DNA from: Verrucomicrobiota bacterium
Lineage (GTDB): Bacteria > Verrucomicrobiota > Verrucomicrobiia > Chthoniobacterales > UBA6821
Assembly: GCA_021413925.1 (NCBI GenBank)
Contig: JAIOPL010000004.1
Coordinates: 128,004-192,003, forward strand
Direction of reading: 5' to 3'
Length of the DNA: 64,000 nucleotides
The notes beneath the pieces are model-generated. The model was not told the origin of the DNA, searched no databases, and saw only the letters and a program-made list of their open reading frames with translations. Below are positions 37,486 through 46,936 of the stretch, piece by piece. The position numbers and the translations under genes were made by a program. Each line of letters begins with the position of its first letter. Position 1 is the first letter of the stretch.

Positions 37486-39018
37486 ATGAAGACAGACCGG
37501 AAGAATGATTTTCCAGACTTGAGGGGGGTGTTTCCTTCCGCTGAGGAGTTTGCCGCAGAGGCTGTGACTCATTCGGTTGTGCCTGTGTGGATCGAACTGA
37601 TTGCCGATAGTGAAACCCCTCTTTCCGTTCTCTCGAAACTTGGCTCCGAGGAATCGTCCTTTCTTCTGGAATCTGCCGAGAAGAGCGATTTGGTGGGACG
37701 CTATTCCTTTGTCGGTTCCGGTGCCCGTGCGGTGATCTCCTCCCATGGAGAGACAATAACGCTGACCGATCGCAACGGTACGCGGTCCTGGAAGGCTCCA
37801 GATCCTCTTAAGGAACTCGAGACGCTGATGTCGGCATACAAGTGTGCGGTTCATCCGCAGCTGCCGGGATTCACCGGCGGAGCGGTCGGCTATCTCGGAT
37901 ACGAGGCCGTACGAAGATTCGAGCCCTCCGTTCCTGCTGCTTCACAAGATGATCTAGCGGTTCCCGAGATGCTTTTCATGATTGCCGACACCGTGGTGGC
38001 CTTTGACCACAAAGCAAGGAGGATCAAGGTGGTGGCGTGTGCCTTTCCAGGCGAACTCGGAGTCGAGGAATCTCGCCGCGAAGCCATGCAACGAATCTCC
38101 ACACTCCTTGCAAAACTTGCCCTGCCGCTTGCGATGTCGCCCTTTCCCGCCGCGGGAGATGCGGAATGCCTGCCCGTTTCCAGCAATATGAGCAGGGAGG
38201 CTTTTGAAAAGTCGGTCGAGGACGCCAAGGAGTTCATCCGCGCAGGGGATATCTTTCAGATTGTCCTCTCTCAGCGCTTCGCGATCCCTTACGAGGGAGA
38301 GCCTCTTCATCTCTACAGGGCTCTCCGATTCATCAATCCCTCGCCCTACATGTTTTGCATGCGTCTGCCTGGTGGATTTTCGCTCGTGGGAAGTTCCCCG
38401 GAAATTCATGTCAAGGTTACGGACGGAAATGTTCAGATCCGACCCATCGCTGGGACACGCAAGCGCGGTGCCACGCCGGAAGCTGACGAAGCTCTCTGCC
38501 TCGAGCTACTTGAAGACCCCAAGGAGCGGGCCGAGCATCTCATGCTTGTCGATCTTGCCCGGAACGATGTCGGGCGCATCTCAGAATTTGGCAGCGTGTC
38601 TCTCACCGACTTCATGACAGTCGAGCGTTATAGTCATGTGATGCATATCGTCTCCAATGTGGTCGGCAAGCTCTCCGGAAACCATTCCCCATTGGATGTT
38701 CTGCGGGCTACTTTTCCTGCCGGTACAGTCAGCGGATCTCCGAAGGTGCGCGCCATGCAGATCATTGCGACGATGGAGCCGACTGCGCGCGGCAGTTATG
38801 CCGGGGCGGTGGGATACCTCGGATTCAATGGGGAGCTTGATTCCTGCATCGCCCTGAGGACTGTTCTGCTGAAAGAAGGCATTGCCTATGTCCAGGCCGG
38901 CGCCGGTATTGTGGCAGATTCGAAGGCTGCGGCCGAGTTCGATGAAACCGTCAATAAGGCGATGGGAGTCATCCGGGCTGTCGATCTGGCAACATCGACT
39001 CTTTCCAACCCCTCATAG
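37486..39018 (+). CDS. trpE: Anthranilate synthase component I
   Basis: 510-aa protein with an LLESAE motif near the N-terminus, the chorismate-binding core ([18 protein letters not shown]) and trpG immediately downstream. Confidence 0.92.
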   Translation: MKTDRKNDFPDLRGVFPSAEEFAAEAVTHSVVPVWIELIADSETPLSVLSKLGSEESSFLLESAEKSDLVGRYSFVGSGARAVISSHGETITLTDRNGTRSWKAPDPLKELETLMSAYKCAVHPQLPGFTGGAVGYLGYEAVRRFEPSVPAASQDDLAVPEMLFMIADTVVAFDHKARRIKVVACAFPGELGVEESRREAMQRISTLLAKLALPLAMSPFPAAGDAECLPVSSNMSREAFEKSVEDAKEFIRAGDIFQIVLSQRFAIPYEGEPLHLYRALRFINPSPYMFCMRLPGGFSLVGSSPEIHVKVTDGNVQIRPIAGTRKRGATPEADEALCLELLEDPKERAEHLMLVDLARNDVGRISEFGSVSLTDFMTVERYSHVMHIVSNVVGKLSGNHSPLDVLRATFPAGTVSGSPKVRAMQIIATMEPTARGSYAGAVGYLGFNGELDSCIALRTVLLKEGIAYVQAGAGIVADSKAAAEFDETVNKAMGVIRAVDLATSTLSNPS

Positions 39019-39020
39019 TC

Positions 39021-39590
39021 ATGATCCTTGTCATCGATAACTACGATTCCTTCACCTACAACCTTGTCCAGTACTTCGGGGAACTCGGTGCGGATCCCGT
39101 GGTTCGCCGCAACGACCAGATCACGATTTCGGAAATTGAAACACTCTCACCTGACCGGATCTGCATCTCTCCCGGTCCCTGCACCCCGAAGGAAGCCGGT
39201 ATCAGTTCCGAGGTGATAAGGACTCTAGCGGGACGGTATCCTATTCTCGGAGTCTGCCTAGGGCACCAGTGCATGGGTGATGTCTATGGAGGTGAAGTGG
39301 TGAGAGCAGAACGCCTGATGCACGGCAAGACCTCCCCGATTCTTCACAACTCGAAGGATTTATTTGCCGGACTGCCAAATCCCTTCGAGGCAACCCGTTA
39401 TCACAGCCTGCTCATACGCAGGGAGAGCTTTCCAGACTGTCTCGAGATCACGGCAGAGACCGCGGAAGGAGAAATCATGGGTCTTCGCCACAAGGAACTA
39501 CCGCTCTGGGGGGTCCAGTTCCATCCCGAGTCAATCCTAACAACCCACGGCAAGGAGCTCCTGGCCAATTTCCTTAGACTGAAGATCTGA
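39021..39590 (+). CDS. trpG: Anthranilate synthase component II / glutamine amidotransferase
   Basis: 189-aa class-I GATase with the motifs ILGVCLGHQ (nucleophile Cys) and GVQFHPES. Confidence 0.9.
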   Translation: MILVIDNYDSFTYNLVQYFGELGADPVVRRNDQITISEIETLSPDRICISPGPCTPKEAGISSEVIRTLAGRYPILGVCLGHQCMGDVYGGEVVRAERLMHGKTSPILHNSKDLFAGLPNPFEATRYHSLLIRRESFPDCLEITAETAEGEIMGLRHKELPLWGVQFHPESILTTHGKELLANFLRLKI

Positions 39591-39606
39591 GGAATCTGGA
39601 GATGGA

Positions 39607-39806
39607 TCTCCCGCAGAGGCGCAGAGGCGCTGAGGGAGAATGGAGCATAGGCTGTAAGAAGTCTCTTCAGGCCTTTCTTATCATCAGATATTCCCAATCA
39701 AGCGTGGTGGGCTTAATTCAGAAGCGCCCATCACACTAGGCTTGCGTGCCTCTTGGTTCCCCCATTGCTTCTCTCCGCCTCCGCGCCTCTGCGCCTCTGC
39801 GGGAGA
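39607..39806. repeat. Inverted pair of repeat family A (24-bp perfect arms) between trpG and lipB
   Basis: tctcccgcagaggcgcagaggcgc at 39607-39630 has its exact reverse complement at 39783-39806, with a 152-bp spacer. The lipB reading frame runs through the right arm and part of the spacer. Confidence 0.8.
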
Positions 39807-40433
39807 ATCTTTCTGGAGTAGTTCGTTAAAGATTTCAGCTACTTCCGTGGCGCAGGATTCTACTGTCACGCCGATTGCTCCCTCCGCTTCTAGGGATGTC
39901 ATCATGACCCCGGGAAGACCGCACGGGGTGATATGACTGAAGGCGCTCAGATCGCCGCAGATATTGATCGCAAATCCATGCATCGAGACCCATCGCCGAA
40001 CACCCACTCCAAGCGATGCGATCTTGCGATCACTCACCCAGACCCCGGTTTTTCCTTCAAGTCGTCCAGCAGTTATGCCGTGGCGCGAGAGGAGAGTGAT
40101 GAGAACCTCTTCGAGAAATCTCAGGTAGGCATGCAGATCCCGATCAAAGAGACCCAGATCAAGCACGGGATAGCCTACCAACTGGCCTGGACCGTGATAG
40201 GTGGCCTGGCCACCCCGGTTTGTACGATGGATCGGGTAGGGGAGAGTGATTTCCTCTCTGAGGCTAGATTCATCACGTGTGCGCCCCATGGTGTAGACGG
40301 GCTCATGTTCCAGTAAAAGCAGATGGTCCGTGACACTTCCCTCTATCTTTTCCTGAACCAAGGATTCCTGAAGAGAGAGTCCCTCCTCATAGGAGAGCCT
40401 TCCAAGCCAGCTCGGTTCGATCCTCATGCCCAT
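39684..40433 (-). CDS. lipB: Lipoyl(octanoyl) transferase LipB with repeat-derived C-terminal extension
   Basis: It has LipB motifs EHEPVYTMGR, RGGQATYHGPGQLVGYP and KIASLGV. Residues 210-249 (SPAEAQRRGGGE...) are encoded inside repeat element 39607-39806. Confidence 0.88.
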   Translation of the reverse strand: MGMRIEPSWLGRLSYEEGLSLQESLVQEKIEGSVTDHLLLLEHEPVYTMGRTRDESSLREEITLPYPIHRTNRGGQATYHGPGQLVGYPVLDLGLFDRDLHAYLRFLEEVLITLLSRHGITAGRLEGKTGVWVSDRKIASLGVGVRRWVSMHGFAINICGDLSAFSHITPCGLPGVMMTSLEAEGAIGVTVESCATEVAEIFNELLQKDSPAEAQRRGGGEKQWGNQEARKPSVMGASELSPPRLIGNI

Positions 40434-40436
40434 TTC

Positions 40437-40967
40437 CTATTTTCGCTTAGGTGATGTGGTCAGTCCTGCTAGAGCAGCCAGATTGGCCTTCGATACAGGT
40501 GAAGCAGCTGTCCGGAGATGGGTCAGACCAATCGCGATGGCATCAGCGGCATCACTGGGAGGCGTTTCCGTTAGGCCAAGAAGTGCCCGGATCATGAAGG
40601 CGACCTGCTCTTTAGCGGCGGCTCCCTTACCCACCACTGCCTGTTTCACGCGCTTGGGAGGGTATTCATGGACCGAGAGTCCCCGTTGGGCAGCAGCTAG
40701 AACAGCAACTCCACGTGCTGCACCCAGAATGATCGCCGTGGCGTAACTCTGGACGAAGATGACTTTCTCGATCGCCAGCGCCGTCGGTTGGTGTTTCTCG
40801 ATCGCCACGCTCAGGGCCTCGTAGATGGCGACGAGGCATCCTTCCTGTGAAAGGGAGGGGTGATTCTTGATCACAGAGTATTCGAGACAACGGATCCGGG
40901 TTCCGATCTCTTCTAAAATCGCAAATCCGGTGCCGCGAAGGGATGGATCGACTGCTAAAATGCGCAT
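40437..40967 (-). CDS. ruvC: Crossover junction endodeoxyribonuclease RuvC
   Basis: 176-aa protein with MRILAVDPSLRGTGFAI at the N-terminus, plus KQAVVGKGAAAKEQV and DAADAIAIG motifs. Confidence 0.92.
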   Translation of the reverse strand: MRILAVDPSLRGTGFAILEEIGTRIRCLEYSVIKNHPSLSQEGCLVAIYEALSVAIEKHQPTALAIEKVIFVQSYATAIILGAARGVAVLAAAQRGLSVHEYPPKRVKQAVVGKGAAAKEQVAFMIRALLGLTETPPSDAADAIAIGLTHLRTAASPVSKANLAALAGLTTSPKRK

Positions 40968-41068
40968 GGTTTGTGATCTGCGATGAACTCAGCCTAAAAT
41001 GTCCGCTTCAACTATCAAAAGAAGCACCCTGCGTGCAGGAAAGGGCAGTAGAATCTGCAGGGTTAACT

Positions 41069-41251
41069 TCAACGACCGCCCTGAGGCATGAAGCCACCCA
41101 AGGCTCCCGACCCTTCCCAACTTGCCGGCTTATTCCAAGGGATAGCGCTCACGGCTGAACTTTCGGGCGTCGTGATATCGGTACTTGGGGCTGTTGCGCA
41201 TCCCGCAAGAAGCAGCGTGGAGAGAATCAGGAGAATCCCGAATCGGTTCAT
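41069..41251 (-). CDS. Small lipoprotein (60 aa)
   Basis: It has the signal peptide MNRFGILLILSTLLLAGC with a lipobox. Its ATG overlaps the stop of the upstream gene (ATGA at 41248-41251). Confidence 0.65.
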   Translation of the reverse strand: MNRFGILLILSTLLLAGCATAPSTDITTPESSAVSAIPWNKPASWEGSGALGGFMPQGGR

Positions 41252-42114
41252 AGATTTGTCTTGTTGTCAGATGAATCGTCACCCGGGCCCGAGTAGATGA
41301 CGGTGTCACCAGGTTGAACGCTCAGTCCGCCACGGACGCTGTTAACGACGATGTCGGCAATCGAGGTGGAGGGTTCTACGGAGGTGATACGCACTTTGCC
41401 GATCAACTGGGATCCGCGCTTGATAAGCATCTCGGCATTGTTCACCACGCCATTGCGGTCCCCGAGGCTCAGGACCACGAAATTCCAGGAGGGATTCACG
41501 GCCAGAATGCGTCCTTCCAGACCACTACGCATCGACTTACTGCGGCGCTGGGCTTCCCTTTCCTTAAGAGCAGCTAGTTGGCTCTCCTGATCCTTAAGTT
41601 TTGTCTGAAGGCTGGTGGTTAGGATATCCTTCTCTTCAATTTGCCTCTTGAGATCATCGGAAGGATCAACGGGTGGTTTGGCCGTGGAATTCACTTTCGC
41701 CTCCAAGTCGGTGATATGAGCATCCTTGGCAGCCATGTCAGTCTTTTGCTGGTCGATGGTGGCATCCCTGTCTGAAATTTGCTTCTGCACATCTGCAGCG
41801 TTACTCGAGGACTTTGCAATCTGTGCCTTAAGATCGGTATTTTCTGAGGCAAGCTTCTCTTGGTCGCTACTGAAGAGCGCGAGCTTTTCGGTTTTTTCCT
41901 TAGCGTCTGCTAGGGCGGTGGTCAGGCTCTTGTTTGCCTTCTCTGCTTGCTCTTTATAAGAATCGCCGGTGTTTTTGGCTTCAACAAGCTTGCTACGGTT
42001 CAGGTAACCTAAAGCTGCTGCAGCCAGAGAAAGAACCGCAGCCAGAATAAGTAGGATTTTTTGCATTAAGGGGGGACTAAGAGGAGCGAATACCATTAAG
42101 GGGTTTGAATTCAT
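41248..42114 (-). CDS. Membrane-anchored coiled-coil protein with C-terminal beta-rich domain (hypothetical)
   Basis: It has an N-terminal TM helix (ILLILAAVLSLAAAALGYL), about 170 aa of heptad-like K/E/Q/A-rich sequence, and a C-terminal ILAVNPSWNFVVLSLGDRNGV...GKVRITSV domain. The start is uncertain (ATGs at 42114, 42096 and 42066). Confidence 0.6.
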   Translation of the reverse strand: MNSNPLMVFAPLSPPLMQKILLILAAVLSLAAAALGYLNRSKLVEAKNTGDSYKEQAEKANKSLTTALADAKEKTEKLALFSSDQEKLASENTDLKAQIAKSSSNAADVQKQISDRDATIDQQKTDMAAKDAHITDLEAKVNSTAKPPVDPSDDLKRQIEEKDILTTSLQTKLKDQESQLAALKEREAQRRSKSMRSGLEGRILAVNPSWNFVVLSLGDRNGVVNNAEMLIKRGSQLIGKVRITSVEPSTSIADIVVNSVRGGLSVQPGDTVIYSGPGDDSSDNKTNL

Positions 42115-42177
42115 TTCTCAAGTAGCAAAAAGATGTTTCCATGATTGTTTTACCTTCTTCCTTGGAGTAGTTTGCAC

Positions 42178-42272
42178 GCGTCAGGGGCTATGGATGAAAG
42201 ACCGGCGAACCCCGCCAGGGCAGGAATGCAGCAACGGCAGCCAGCTCTCTCTTGCCGTAGTTCCCTGACACT
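42178..42272 (+). ncRNA. ffs: Signal recognition particle RNA (small bacterial 4.5S type)
   Basis: The sequence folds as a long imperfect hairpin. The terminal stem gtcaggg (42180-86) pairs with ccctgac (42263-69), extended by ctatgg/ccgtag. The apical stem is gca-GGAA-tgc (tetraloop at 42223-26). It is flanked by AGG on the 5-prime side and AGCA on the 3-prime side, like the domain IV symmetric loop. A GAACCCCGCCAGG context is present and a T7 run follows at 42272-78. Confidence 0.8.
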
Positions 42273-42343
42273 TTTTTTCATTCAAGCCGTTTTAGGGGGG
42301 TATTCTTGCTTCCGCGGTAGAGAAAAACCGCTAGAACCAAGTA

Positions 42344-43708
42344 ATGCGACACGGCCGTTTTGAGGAATCAATATCCACTCTCTTGAGGGACTACGGGGAA
42401 TCCATCTCATTTGACTGGAGGCTTTACCGTCATGATATCCGGGGAAGTGTGGCTCATGCCCGTGCCCTCCTGAAAGCCGGTTTCCTGACGCAGGCCGAGT
42501 TTTCCTCCATCGAGCAGGGTCTGAATGCCATCGGTGAGGAGATTGCCGCCGGTAAGTTTGAGTTCTCCGTTGATCTGGAAGACATCCACATGAATATCGA
42601 GAAGGAGCTGACCAACCGCATCGGTGATGCGGGGGCCAAGCTTCATACGGCTCGCAGCCGTAATGATCAGGTGGCGACCGACCTGCGTCTGTATCTCCGT
42701 GACGAGATTACGGCCCTGCAATCGGGAGTTCGCACGCTTCAGACTGCCCTTGTCGGGCTGGCCTCGGCGAACGAGGAGGTTCTCATCCCTGGCTACACTC
42801 ACCTGCAGCGCGCACAGCCCGTACCGCTGGCTCATCATCTCCTTGCCTATGTGGAGATGCTCAACCGTGATTATGGTCGTTTGGGAGATGTCGCTCTCCG
42901 TATGGATGAGCTTCCCTTGGGATCCGGAGCTTTGGCCGCATCCACCCTGCTTCTGGATCGTGAGGCTATTGCTAAAGAACTTGGTTTCTCACGTGTGACT
43001 CAGAACAGCCTCGATGGCGTCAGTGACCGTGATTTTGCTCTCGAACTGCTCTCGACTCTGGCCATCGCCGGAATGCATCTCTCACGCCTCTCCGAGGATG
43101 TGGTCCTCTGGACCACCACGGAATTCGGATTTGCCCGCCTGAGCGATCGACACTCCACAGGCTCCAGTTTGATGCCGCAGAAGAAGAATCCCGACATCGC
43201 CGAACTGACCCGTGGAAAAACAGGTCGACTCTACGGGAACCTCTTCCGTCTTCTGACGGTTCTCAAAGGACTTCCCATGGCCTACAACCGAGACCTTCAG
43301 GAAGACAAGGAAGCCGTCTTCGATTCCGTGGATACGGCCCGCATGGCTCTTGCGGTGACTGCCGAGATGATGGCCGCGCTCGTGATTAATCAGGAGGCCG
43401 CAACGAAGGCCGCAAGTGACCCCTCGCTCTTGGCCACCGATCTGGCCGATGAGTTGGTCCGCAAGAACGTCCCCTTCCGTACCGCCCACGATCTGGTGGG
43501 CAAGCTTGCCGCCGAATCGTCCAAGACCGGCATTCCCATCGACCAGTTGCCCGTGGAGGTGATCCGCGAGCATTGCCCGCAGCTTTTGGACGAATGGAAG
43601 TCGATCTTTGATCCGATTCGCTCCCTGAAGGCCCGTGCCGCCATCGGTGCTCCGTCACCTGCGAATGTCTCTGCCCGCCTTGCTCACTGGCGCCAAATCC
43701 TAAATTAG
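42344..43708 (+). CDS. argH: Argininosuccinate lyase
   Basis: 454-aa protein with the fumarate-lyase signature region GSSLMPQKKNPD. An in-frame TAG four codons upstream fixes the ATG at 42344. Confidence 0.93.
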   Translation: MRHGRFEESISTLLRDYGESISFDWRLYRHDIRGSVAHARALLKAGFLTQAEFSSIEQGLNAIGEEIAAGKFEFSVDLEDIHMNIEKELTNRIGDAGAKLHTARSRNDQVATDLRLYLRDEITALQSGVRTLQTALVGLASANEEVLIPGYTHLQRAQPVPLAHHLLAYVEMLNRDYGRLGDVALRMDELPLGSGALAASTLLLDREAIAKELGFSRVTQNSLDGVSDRDFALELLSTLAIAGMHLSRLSEDVVLWTTTEFGFARLSDRHSTGSSLMPQKKNPDIAELTRGKTGRLYGNLFRLLTVLKGLPMAYNRDLQEDKEAVFDSVDTARMALAVTAEMMAALVINQEAATKAASDPSLLATDLADELVRKNVPFRTAHDLVGKLAAESSKTGIPIDQLPVEVIREHCPQLLDEWKSIFDPIRSLKARAAIGAPSPANVSARLAHWRQILN

Positions 43709-43723
43709 GGAAGATCCCAAGGG

Positions 43724-44503
43724 ATGGAACTGAACAAGATCTTCTCCTTCCGCGAGCAGGAGGACAAAGCCCGTCCCTTCATGGATCACCTCGGTGATCT
43801 TCGGGTGACGATCATCCGGATTGCAGTGACGCTTGTAGTAGCCATGGTCGGGGCGTTTTTCTTCCGGGACCTCCTTGCCGCAGTGATCCAACGTCCACTC
43901 ATCGCCGTCGACCCAGTTCGCGCAAACTCTCTTCAGTCACTGGGAGTGGCGGATTCGATGACCATTTCCCTTCAGCTTTCTTTTTATGCCGGACTGGTGA
44001 TTTCCTTTCCGCTCATCACCTTCTTCCTCGCCCAGTTTCTCTTTCCTGCACTCAAACCCGCCGAGCGCAAGATCCTCCTCCCCGTGTCCGCCTTCGGCCT
44101 CTTCCTCTTCCTGGGGGGGATCTCCTTTGCCTACCTGGTGGTGCTACCCGGCACGCTCGATTTCTTCTTCAAGGATGCCAAGGCCATGCATTGGACGCCG
44201 ACCTGGACCGTGCGAGAGTACTATTCTTTCACAACGCAGTTCCTCATCGCCTTCGGGGTCGCCTTTGAGATGCCGATGGTGGTCCTGGCCCTTGTGAAAC
44301 TCGGGTTCCTCACCGCTGAGAAGCTCCGCAAGACGCGCTCCGCCGCCATCGTCACCATCTTCACTGTGGCGGCCTTCATCACGCCGTCACCGGATCTGGT
44401 GACTTATCTCCTGATGGGCGTCCCGATGGTCGTCCTCTACGAGTTGTGTATTCTGCTCGCTCGCTGGGTCGAACCCAAGGTGGAGGCAATTTCACAGGGA
44501 TAA
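43724..44503 (+). CDS. tatC: Twin-arginine translocase subunit TatC
   Basis: 259-aa protein with FMDHLGDLRVTIIR at the N-terminus and a six-TM layout typical of TatC. Confidence 0.92.
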   Translation: MELNKIFSFREQEDKARPFMDHLGDLRVTIIRIAVTLVVAMVGAFFFRDLLAAVIQRPLIAVDPVRANSLQSLGVADSMTISLQLSFYAGLVISFPLITFFLAQFLFPALKPAERKILLPVSAFGLFLFLGGISFAYLVVLPGTLDFFFKDAKAMHWTPTWTVREYYSFTTQFLIAFGVAFEMPMVVLALVKLGFLTAEKLRKTRSAAIVTIFTVAAFITPSPDLVTYLLMGVPMVVLYELCILLARWVEPKVEAISQG

Positions 44504-44589
44504 AGGAGATGGAGGGGATTAAGGCTTGAGTCATTTATGGATCTTTGATGGGAGATTACCCATCCCTTTCATCCCCTTTATCCCTGTGA
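44492..44589. repeat. Inverted repeat (15-bp perfect core) spanning the tatC stop codon; family B-like composition
   Basis: tcacagggataaagg (44492-44506) is the exact reverse complement of cctttatccctgtga (44575-44589). The arms extend imperfectly (gatggaggggat against atccctttcatc). Confidence 0.65.
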
Positions 44590-44605
44590 GTCTTCCCTTT
44601 ATTTT

Positions 44606-44631
44606 CTCTGCGCCTCCGCGCCTCTGCGGGA
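44606..44631 (-). repeat. Single copy of dispersed repeat family A
   Basis: The reverse complement of ctctgcgcctccgcgcctctgcggga is tcccgcagaggcgcggaggcgcagag. Confidence 0.75.
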
Positions 44632-44654
44632 AAAACTCACAATCCCTGTAACGC

Positions 44655-44684
44655 AAAAGAGCCGTGCCCTATCGGACACGGCTC
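44655..44684 (-). terminator. Intrinsic terminator downstream of the glutaredoxin-like gene (convergent with tatC)
   Basis: The stem gagccgtg/cacggctc (8 bp, 44659-66 with 44677-84) has a 10-nt loop. On the minus strand it is followed by tttt (plus-strand aaaa at 44655-58). It lies about 25 nt after the stop at 44710. Confidence 0.6.
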
Positions 44685-44709
44685 TCTGTGATTTGTTATC
44701 GAGGAAACC

Positions 44710-45066
44710 TCAGAGGTTCATCTTGATCCCTTGGCCCAGGCCTTGTGCCATCGCCGCGTGTTCGGCATCCGAGCAAGCGGCATTCAGCGGCACGTCGGTC
44801 TTCACCTCGTTAGCTGATACAAGGCCCTTCTCGAGAAGGTAGGACTCGACTTCCTCACCGCTGATGTCGGGCAGCATGACTCCGTTGATCTCCACGCAGG
44901 GGGAGAGCGACTGGCCGCTGCGCTGCTCCATCTCGAACCGGAAGGCCGGATTCTGGATGATGTCCTTCTCTGTGTAGGGAAGGGAGTACTTGTCCATGAT
45001 GGCACGTACTCCTTTGCTCCAACCGCAGGAGGTCTTGAGGTAGGCAGTGATTGCTGGCTGTGACAT
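44710..45066 (-). CDS. Glutaredoxin-family (thioredoxin-fold) protein with CxxS motif
   Basis: 118-aa protein with AYLKTSCGWSKG in the position of the Grx active site and a downstream SPCVEINGV pattern. The C-terminal roughly 35 aa are an extension. Confidence 0.65.
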   Translation of the reverse strand: MSQPAITAYLKTSCGWSKGVRAIMDKYSLPYTEKDIIQNPAFRFEMEQRSGQSLSPCVEINGVMLPDISGEEVESYLLEKGLVSANEVKTDVPLNAACSDAEHAAMAQGLGQGIKMNL

Positions 45067-45084
45067 GGTGTGGTTAGCGAAGGG

Positions 45085-46776
45085 TTACTTGCTGCCCTGA
45101 CCGGGACGATACTCTTCCTCGGCTGCCATGAGGGCTGCACCGAAGCTGACCATATCCTCGCCGCTCTTGACGGACTCGAGGGCCTCGCTCTCCTTGCGGA
45201 GCGCTTCCTCGCTGTAGCCGGTTGCCTTGATGGAAAGGCCGAGACGACGCTCGGTCTTGTCGATCTTGATGACTCGGGCCTCGACTTCCTGGCCGACCTT
45301 GAGGACATCCTTGACCTTCTCGACACGATCCTCGGTGATCTGAGAGATGTGAACGAGTCCGTCGATGGCTCCGGGGAGCTCGATGAAGGCGCCGAAGTTG
45401 GCGATCTTGGAGACTGTTCCCTTGACGACATCGCCAACCTTGAACTTACCCTCGATCTCCTTCCATGGATCTGTCTCGAGCTGCTTGACACCGAGGCTGA
45501 TACGCTGATTGGCCTTGTCGATGTCGATGACGACTGCATCCACCTCGTCGCCCTTCTTGAGGACTTCGCTCGGGTGGTTGATCTTCTTGTTCCAGCTCAG
45601 ATCGGAGACGTGCACCATGCCGTCGATACCTTCCTCAAGCTCCACGAAGGCGCCGTAGGCGGTCATGTTGCGGACCTGGCCGCGAACCTGCTTGCCGATG
45701 ACATAACGCTGCTCGATCTCATCCCAAGGATTCGGCTCAAGCTGACGGACGCCAAGGGAGATCTTCTGATCCTCCTTGTTGACTCCAAGAACCACGGCCT
45801 CGATGTCCTGACCAAGGGTGAGGACGTCTGAAGGACGGGTGATGCGCTTGGTCCAGGAGAGCTCCGAGACGTGGATGAGACCCTCGATGCCTTCTTCAAT
45901 CTGAATGAAAGCGCCGTAAGGCATGAGATTGGTAACCTTGCCCTTGATCTTCTGGCCAATCGGGAAGCGCTCTTCGAGACGATCCCAAGGATTGGACTGA
46001 AGCTGCTTGAGGCCAAGGGAGATGCGCTCCTTGTCCTTGTTGATTTCCAGGACCACGACCGTGAGGCGGTCGCCGGGCTTGACTGCCTCGCTCGGGTGAG
46101 TGAGACGTGCCCAGGACATGTCGGTGATATGAAGGAGTCCGTCGATACCATCGAGATCGAGGAAGGCCCCGAAGTCGGTGATGTTCTTGACGGTACCCTC
46201 GACCTTGTCACCGGCACTCATGGTGCCGAGGAACTGCTGGCGGCGCTCACTGCGCTCGGCCTCGATCAGTTCACGACGGCTGAGGACGACGTTCTTGCGA
46301 TCCTCGTTGAGCTTGACGATCTTGAAGTCGTAGGTATTGCCGACAAACTGGGTGAGATCCTTGGGAGGATTGATGTCCACCTGGGAAGCGGGGAGGAAAG
46401 CCTCGACGCCGACATTGACGATGAGACCGCCTTTAACGACCGATTTGACACGGCCCTTGATGATGCCCTCTGCCTCGAACAGTTTGACGATCTTCGACCA
46501 GTTCTGACGCTGGGAAGCTTTCAGTCGGGAGAGGATGACCATGCCGAGGTCGTTTTCGAGACGTTCGAGTAGTACCTCGACCTCGTCACCGACCTGGATC
46601 TCCTCGGGATTGTCGAATTCCGATGCGGAAACCACACCCTCGGACTTGTAGCCGATATCGATGAGGAATTCCTTGGGACGCTTCTCGAGAATGTGGCCCT
46701 TGACGATGCTGCCTTCGCGGTAGTTCTTAACCGAGGCTGCGATGAGTTGCTGAAGTTCAGCGATTGTTGTTGTCAT
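45085..46776 (-). CDS. rpsA: 30S ribosomal protein S1
   Basis: It has six S1 (OB-fold) repeats with recurring GxVxxxxxFGAFxxL and DGLxHxS motifs. The ATG at 46776 (MTTTIAELQQL) is used instead of the extended track start at 46902. Confidence 0.95.
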   Translation of the reverse strand: MTTTIAELQQLIAASVKNYREGSIVKGHILEKRPKEFLIDIGYKSEGVVSASEFDNPEEIQVGDEVEVLLERLENDLGMVILSRLKASQRQNWSKIVKLFEAEGIIKGRVKSVVKGGLIVNVGVEAFLPASQVDINPPKDLTQFVGNTYDFKIVKLNEDRKNVVLSRRELIEAERSERRQQFLGTMSAGDKVEGTVKNITDFGAFLDLDGIDGLLHITDMSWARLTHPSEAVKPGDRLTVVVLEINKDKERISLGLKQLQSNPWDRLEERFPIGQKIKGKVTNLMPYGAFIQIEEGIEGLIHVSELSWTKRITRPSDVLTLGQDIEAVVLGVNKEDQKISLGVRQLEPNPWDEIEQRYVIGKQVRGQVRNMTAYGAFVELEEGIDGMVHVSDLSWNKKINHPSEVLKKGDEVDAVVIDIDKANQRISLGVKQLETDPWKEIEGKFKVGDVVKGTVSKIANFGAFIELPGAIDGLVHISQITEDRVEKVKDVLKVGQEVEARVIKIDKTERRLGLSIKATGYSEEALRKESEALESVKSGEDMVSFGAALMAAEEEYRPGQGSK

Positions 46777-46936
46777 GATGTATTGAATAACTTCTACGGA
46801 GAGATTGTTGCCAATCCGTCCTACCGCGACTCCTTTTAAGTGACGGCAGAAGAGCAGAAAATAGTAGCAATCCCTGCTTGCAGGGCAATGAATTTCTCTC
46901 ACACTTTAGTTCTCCCTTTTTCGAGAATACCCGATC

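Noticed and set aside
39607-39806. Interpretation of the inverted pair as a classical MITE with target-site duplication.
   Set aside because: No convincing direct duplication flanks the 24-bp arms. The interior shares no similarity with the interior of the other pair (12850-12930). A REP/BIME-like description is safer, and mobility cannot be judged from one window.
42145-42363. 72-aa plus-strand ORF upstream of argH.
   Set aside because: It is covered by the SRP RNA hairpin and its terminator. The translation has no protein-like features.
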